From Candidatus Bathyarchaeota archaeon (GTDB taxonomy: Archaea; Thermoproteota; Bathyarchaeia; Bathyarchaeales; Bathycorpusculaceae): DNA of 64,000 bases. The stretch is from the NCBI GenBank assembly GCA_963833575.1, contig CAWHXY010000001.1:1-64000 (forward strand). The letters are read 5' to 3'. A program made the translations under genes and the position numbers. This document shows, piece after piece, positions 59,785 to 64,000 of the stretch; within the stretch, counting starts at the first letter, position 1, and each line of letters starts with the position of its first letter. The notes under the pieces were generated by a model. The model was not told the DNA's origin and ran no database searches. It worked only from the letters and a program-made list of their open reading frames with translations.

Positions 59785-60002
59785 TACTATTTCTCCGAGG
59801 AAGCTTTTGGTTTAAGAATTAAATAACTTTATGGTTTTATTAAATTAATAAAGGTGCCAATGTGTGAAATATTTAGGTAACTATTTCTTGTTTTCAGTAA
59901 TTTTAACAATTGACCATTTATTATGAAAAATTAAGCATAAATCACAACCAAATTTATATTTGGCTAATCATGTAAACAGTAAAATACAAAAGAGTTGAAA
60001 AG

Positions 60003-60158
60003 ATGCACGCATGCCCTCAATGTAAAACGACAATGGAATCAAAAGGAGAAACGTCCGACGAAGGTGGAGGTATCATTTTTTATCAATGCCCTAAATGCAA
60101 AAACATCCAACTCTACACATTACAGTGTCAGAACAAATTTAGAATGAGCTACCCTTAG
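60003..60158 (+). CDS. Small Zn-ribbon protein (51 aa), not in the ORF track
   Basis: MHACPQCKTTMESKGETSDEGGGIIFYQCPKCKNIQ..*; TTTATAT upstream. Confidence 0.6.
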   Translation: MHACPQCKTTMESKGETSDEGGGIIFYQCPKCKNIQLYTLQCQNKFRMSYP

Positions 60159-60179
60159 GTTTACGCTCATGTTTTCCTT

Positions 60180-60392
60180 TCAAGTCTTTGGTTTGACGAT
60201 GACGTACCCTTTTTCTATGAGCCAATGATGAAACTGCCAAGTTGTATATAGGCAAGCGTTACTGCATTTTTGCTTTGTTTGCTCATAAACTGGAGACCCC
60301 TCTTCAAGTCTGTTTAGTTCCATTTGTACTTGGCATTGAACATCTTTGCAGAATTCTCTGCGCTTATATTCCACATATCCATCAATTGTCAT
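60180..60392 (-). CDS. Small Cys/His-rich hypothetical protein
   Basis: EFCKDVQC..C...C..WQFHHWL. Confidence 0.7.
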   Translation of the reverse strand: MTIDGYVEYKRREFCKDVQCQVQMELNRLEEGSPVYEQTKQKCSNACLYTTWQFHHWLIEKGYVIVKPKT

Positions 60393-60484
60393 TTTTCATC
60401 GGTGGCTAACTCCTCGCTTAAACTTAATAAGCCTTGTTTTTCCGCGAAGCATGCGCTTTTAAGGTACGTTTCCAATTTTGCTGT

Positions 60485-61156
60485 ATGCCTATCCTGTATC
60501 TGCTAGGTGGAGAAAACGTCTTTAGACGAAGTGCAAAGGAGGTAAACGAGAGAGCCTTCCAAGATGCAGGAAAACCACTAAATGTTCTTGTGTTTTCTTG
60601 GGCAAGAGCTTCATTTGATAATTCGTACAAGAGAAGAAAAACACTGGTTGATTATTTCATAAGTCTTGGCGCTGACTCAATTAACTATGTGGATTTCTCT
60701 GATTCGAATGAAGTAATCGCTAGAAAGATGTCTGATTCTAACTTAGTTTACTTGACAGGAGGGCTTCCAACCATCCTGCTTGAGCGTCTTAAGAAAATGC
60801 GTGTTGACCATTTGCTGCATGATTATTGCGGAGTTATTGTTGGGCGAAGTGCAGGAGCTTTGGCACTTTGTCGTAAATGCGTAATCACTTGTCGCAGTAG
60901 TTTAGAATCCAAAATTATTAATGGCCTAGGTATAGTAGACATGACGCTCAAAGTTCACTATGAACCAGAAAAAGATGATACTTTGAAAGCGCTGTCAAAG
61001 AAAGAGACAATTTATGCCCTGCCTGAGAGTTCAGCGATAATTTACAGTAATGGTGTTTGCTCATTTATAGGAAATGTTTTCTTATTTCAGGAAGGACAAA
61101 TGCGAACATTGCAAAAAGTTGACACTAATCCAGTTCAAACGGTCAAACCCAAGTAA
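60485..61156 (+). CDS. Peptidase S51 (peptidase E / GATase1-like)
   Basis: YLLGG, YLTGG, GRSAGA, VHY; start at MPILY. Confidence 0.85.
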   Translation: MPILYLLGGENVFRRSAKEVNERAFQDAGKPLNVLVFSWARASFDNSYKRRKTLVDYFISLGADSINYVDFSDSNEVIARKMSDSNLVYLTGGLPTILLERLKKMRVDHLLHDYCGVIVGRSAGALALCRKCVITCRSSLESKIINGLGIVDMTLKVHYEPEKDDTLKALSKKETIYALPESSAIIYSNGVCSFIGNVFLFQEGQMRTLQKVDTNPVQTVKPK

Positions 61157-61204
61157 AATTATATAATCAAACAAAATCCAATATTATAACAAATCAAATG
61201 GAGA

Positions 61205-62098
61205 ATGACAACAATGGCCGTAACATACAATTTGGGAACTGGACCCACTGCATGGTATACTACTTCTCAGGATGGAAGCGTCACCGTTACTGTTAAAAGC
61301 GGCTCTCCCCTAAAACCCAAAGTGATTTATGCAGGCGACGCCAGCCTAGAGTCTTACTGGACTAATACAGGTAAGACCAGTAGTTGGCATTTTGCCCCCA
61401 AGCTACTGAATCCAACCCAAGTGCAATACAACGAGTCCACGGACGAATACCAAAACCAAATCATCACCATTGACTTAGGCAATCAAGTGTTTCCAGCCTC
61501 AGGACTCGTACTGCCCGACCTGACAGGCGAAATCAAAGCACCCGCAATCCACTTTGATCTGCCCCATGCCTATGATCTATGGGTAGCTATTCTGCGTTCT
61601 CCATCATCTCCCATAAAAATAGGTATAGAAAAATCGCCTCTTACCATATCCCATAGTTCGGCGCAAGCTATGGCTCAAATTGAAAGCGAGACAGCTGACC
61701 CTGAAGAAATTTCGACTCTGCGTGCCGACGTTTCAGTGAATGGTGAGGGCTTTAAGAAAGTTTGGCTTTCGATCAAAAGAAGCATCCAAAGAGCCTCATT
61801 CGAAGAAACCATTGGGGATCTGACCAACGGTCTTGAAACATTCACTTGGAAACCCACCATTAGGAGCTTCGATACAATACTTGTGACGTACTCAGACATG
61901 TTCATGAACCACTTTGCAGGCTTGTTACAACAGCTCGGCGCAGAAACTAACCGAAACTTCTTAGCGTTCCGATCTTATTTACCAAAACCCTTTGTACTCT
62001 GCGACGGCGAAGGCATAGACTATAAAGTGCTCTTAACGGGAGAAAAACACATTTTAGGACATGAAAAAGACGAAACCCAAATTACATTAACCATGTAG
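61205..62098 (+). CDS. Hypothetical protein
   Basis: 297-aa ORF with GGAG before the ATG; no recognised motif. Confidence 0.65.
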   Translation: MTTMAVTYNLGTGPTAWYTTSQDGSVTVTVKSGSPLKPKVIYAGDASLESYWTNTGKTSSWHFAPKLLNPTQVQYNESTDEYQNQIITIDLGNQVFPASGLVLPDLTGEIKAPAIHFDLPHAYDLWVAILRSPSSPIKIGIEKSPLTISHSSAQAMAQIESETADPEEISTLRADVSVNGEGFKKVWLSIKRSIQRASFEETIGDLTNGLETFTWKPTIRSFDTILVTYSDMFMNHFAGLLQQLGAETNRNFLAFRSYLPKPFVLCDGEGIDYKVLLTGEKHILGHEKDETQITLTM

Positions 62099-62114
62099 CC
62101 TAAATCGTCTTTTG

Positions 62115-62354
62115 TTAGTTCTTTGAAGACTTCCGAGAAACCGCTAAAATAACCGCAACCAACACAAAGACAAGGAGCACAATCCCCAATACAGTAAGCG
62201 GAATCCTAAAGACAGGTTCACCATGAAGAACCGTTGTAGAAGGGTGCATGAACATTCCTCCCAGATAAGCTGTTAAGAAAAATCCTACAAAAACTGCGCC
62301 TATACCCTGAAAAGCAAACAGCAAGTTACGTATCATCTTATTATTATGTTCCAA
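62115..62354 (-). CDS. Small 2-TM membrane protein
   Basis: Two hydrophobic helices and a basic tail. Confidence 0.65.
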   Translation of the reverse strand: MEHNNKMIRNLLFAFQGIGAVFVGFFLTAYLGGMFMHPSTTVLHGEPVFRIPLTVLGIVLLVFVLVAVILAVSRKSSKN

Positions 62355-62469
62355 AGCAAAGCCTCATCAAATACTAACAAACATTTTAATTATATAAAAC
62401 TTTAATTCAAGTTAACCGACAAACCGAAAGTATAATATATTCAACTAGCCGAATGTTTTTCACACGACC

Positions 62470-63384
62470 GTGATTCTAATGACAGAGCCTAAAACAGTTA
62501 CTCCGCTGAAAGTTGGTTTTCTCTTAGTTGTTGCCTCATATTTCTTATTCACTTTGCATGCGATGTTTACGCTTCAATGGTGGAACGAATGGAACTTCGG
62601 AGGGTCATTCAACTTTGGTGTTTTCATAACCGACGTAGCGGCGTTTCCTGGGCTTGTAGTCCGTTTTACAGGCAGCCTAATTGCTTTAATTGCAGTCGTT
62701 CTTGCTATAACCAAAAAAGGTCTGCCCCAATCCTCCATTTACAAACTTCTCAAAATAGTTCTAGTCTTAGAAGCCCTTTACTGGTTAACTCTATTGCCAT
62801 CAGGAATCTGGGGAACCTTGCCAACGGCTGCGGGTTTTAACCTAAGCTTTCTAGTATCGACTGGGGTACCATGCTTAGTGGCATCGATAAGCATCCCTAT
62901 TTGCTTGTTTGCACTTGTACGAAATCTGGGGCAAAACAAGCCTCAAAAGGCGGCAATCAAATGGTCGATGATTGCCGGGATATTCTACGTTTTGTCTTTC
63001 TGGCTTAACAACAGCGGCATGTGGATAATTACAGTAATGCAAACAGGCTTTGGATATGTCCTTAATACACCCCAATACATGATAAGTTTTTCAGCCACTT
63101 TGTTCGGATTACTTGCACTAGCAATCTTCACAGCGTACCTTGCCAAGAAATCAATGGGAACAGAACAAGTACAGAACTTAAGGATTAGATCAATCGGTGC
63201 TATCTTAACCGCTTTAGGTGTATACTACTTGTGGAACTATTTAACATGGATTTTCTTTGGTGGCTGGAACCAGTGGTATGCATGGATTCTCGGTCACAAC
63301 TTGGACCTTTGGCTGCTTTCGCTTCCACTCTTAGGGATTCCTTTGCTTTTCACTAAAAAAGCTGATCTAGAAAATAATCCATAA
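62470..63384 (+). CDS. Polytopic membrane protein (~8 TM)
   Basis: Multiple hydrophobic segments. Confidence 0.75.
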   Translation: MILMTEPKTVTPLKVGFLLVVASYFLFTLHAMFTLQWWNEWNFGGSFNFGVFITDVAAFPGLVVRFTGSLIALIAVVLAITKKGLPQSSIYKLLKIVLVLEALYWLTLLPSGIWGTLPTAAGFNLSFLVSTGVPCLVASISIPICLFALVRNLGQNKPQKAAIKWSMIAGIFYVLSFWLNNSGMWIITVMQTGFGYVLNTPQYMISFSATLFGLLALAIFTAYLAKKSMGTEQVQNLRIRSIGAILTALGVYYLWNYLTWIFFGGWNQWYAWILGHNLDLWLLSLPLLGIPLLFTKKADLENNP

Positions 63385-63464
63385 TCTTGCTGAGTATAAC
63401 CACAGAAACCATTTCTGTCGGTAAGGTTTAAGTGGTTCTTTCAACCTTTTAGAATTGGATTTTT

Positions 63465-64000
63465 ATGCGAAGAATCTTGCCTTTAGTTTTAGTCATTTTG
63501 CTTGTTTCGTCTTGTGGATGTTTCAGTGGGGCTTTTGGCGAAATGATGTCATCAACGGTTGGAGTAGGCACCGGCGATGTCTTCCGCTACAGCTATACAT
63601 GCTATTTTGCTTCAAGTGACCCCCACGCCGTTCCCGATGCTGCTTTGATTTTTATAAATCAAACAAATTATTTTATGCTTAATGTGACAGGGGTATCTGG
63701 GTCAACAATATACTTCAACACGATACTGCTTAGTTTGAATGGCTCAAACTACCTTGGCGTCTGCAGCATGAACGTTGGAACTGGTCAACCCGTGGTTTCC
63801 GGATTCGGTGGTCCGAGCTCTTTCTATTTCATGGCACGCAATGTAGGTATGATGGGAAAAATGTTTCCCTCTTCATCTTTTAGCCCAACCGTAAACGATA
63901 CCTTGATGATGAGTTATCCCGGTGCTTCGCGATTAACTAATCATTTTGTGACTACAGAGGAAAATAATCTGATAAGTGTCTTGAATTCGCAGGATATCTA
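63465..64000 (+). CDS. Secreted protein, truncated by the window edge
   Basis: MRRILPLVLVILLVSSCG signal then VGVGTGDVFRY; frame stays open to the end. Confidence 0.7.
   Translation, partial: MRRILPLVLVILLVSSCGCFSGAFGEMMSSTVGVGTGDVFRYSYTCYFASSDPHAVPDAALIFINQTNYFMLNVTGVSGSTIYFNTILLSLNGSNYLGVCSMNVGTGQPVVSGFGGPSSFYFMARNVGMMGKMFPSSSFSPTVNDTLMMSYPGASRLTNHFVTTEENNLISVLNSQDI

Overview
Archaeal chromosomal segment, most consistent with Bathyarchaeia (inference). Support: RadA, archaeal PurP pair, RqcH, an EF-2 paralogue, frequent TTG starts and expanded membrane-anchored beta-propeller proteins. Left to right: a frameshifted Zn-ribbon tyrosine integrase ending beside tRNA-Cys; a livG-livF-paaK-iorA-iorB and livK-livH-livM-paaI aryl-acid/amino-acid cluster whose IorA carries an inserted polyferredoxin; an orphan lysW; a tandem Lrp regulator; three paralogous ~870-aa surface beta-propeller genes (one here, two near 44-50 kb); an ACT protein and an ADP-forming acyl-CoA synthetase-GNAT fusion; bacterial-type hoxEFUYH followed by hdrC-hdrB-mvhG-mvhA with no hdrA or mvhD; purine genes; an EF-2 paralogue coupled to ogg; tRNA-Ile2(CAT); AOR plus ferredoxin; rqcH, an EMC6-like gene and radA; then assorted redox, sugar and hypothetical genes. 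No CRISPR array, rRNA or IS transposase was seen. Best candidates for new biology: the Hox-HdrBC-MvhGA locus, the ferredoxin-inserted IorA, the cassette-like propeller family and a phased 10-bp repeat array at ~55.5 kb. All calls are by eye from motifs; no database searches were run.
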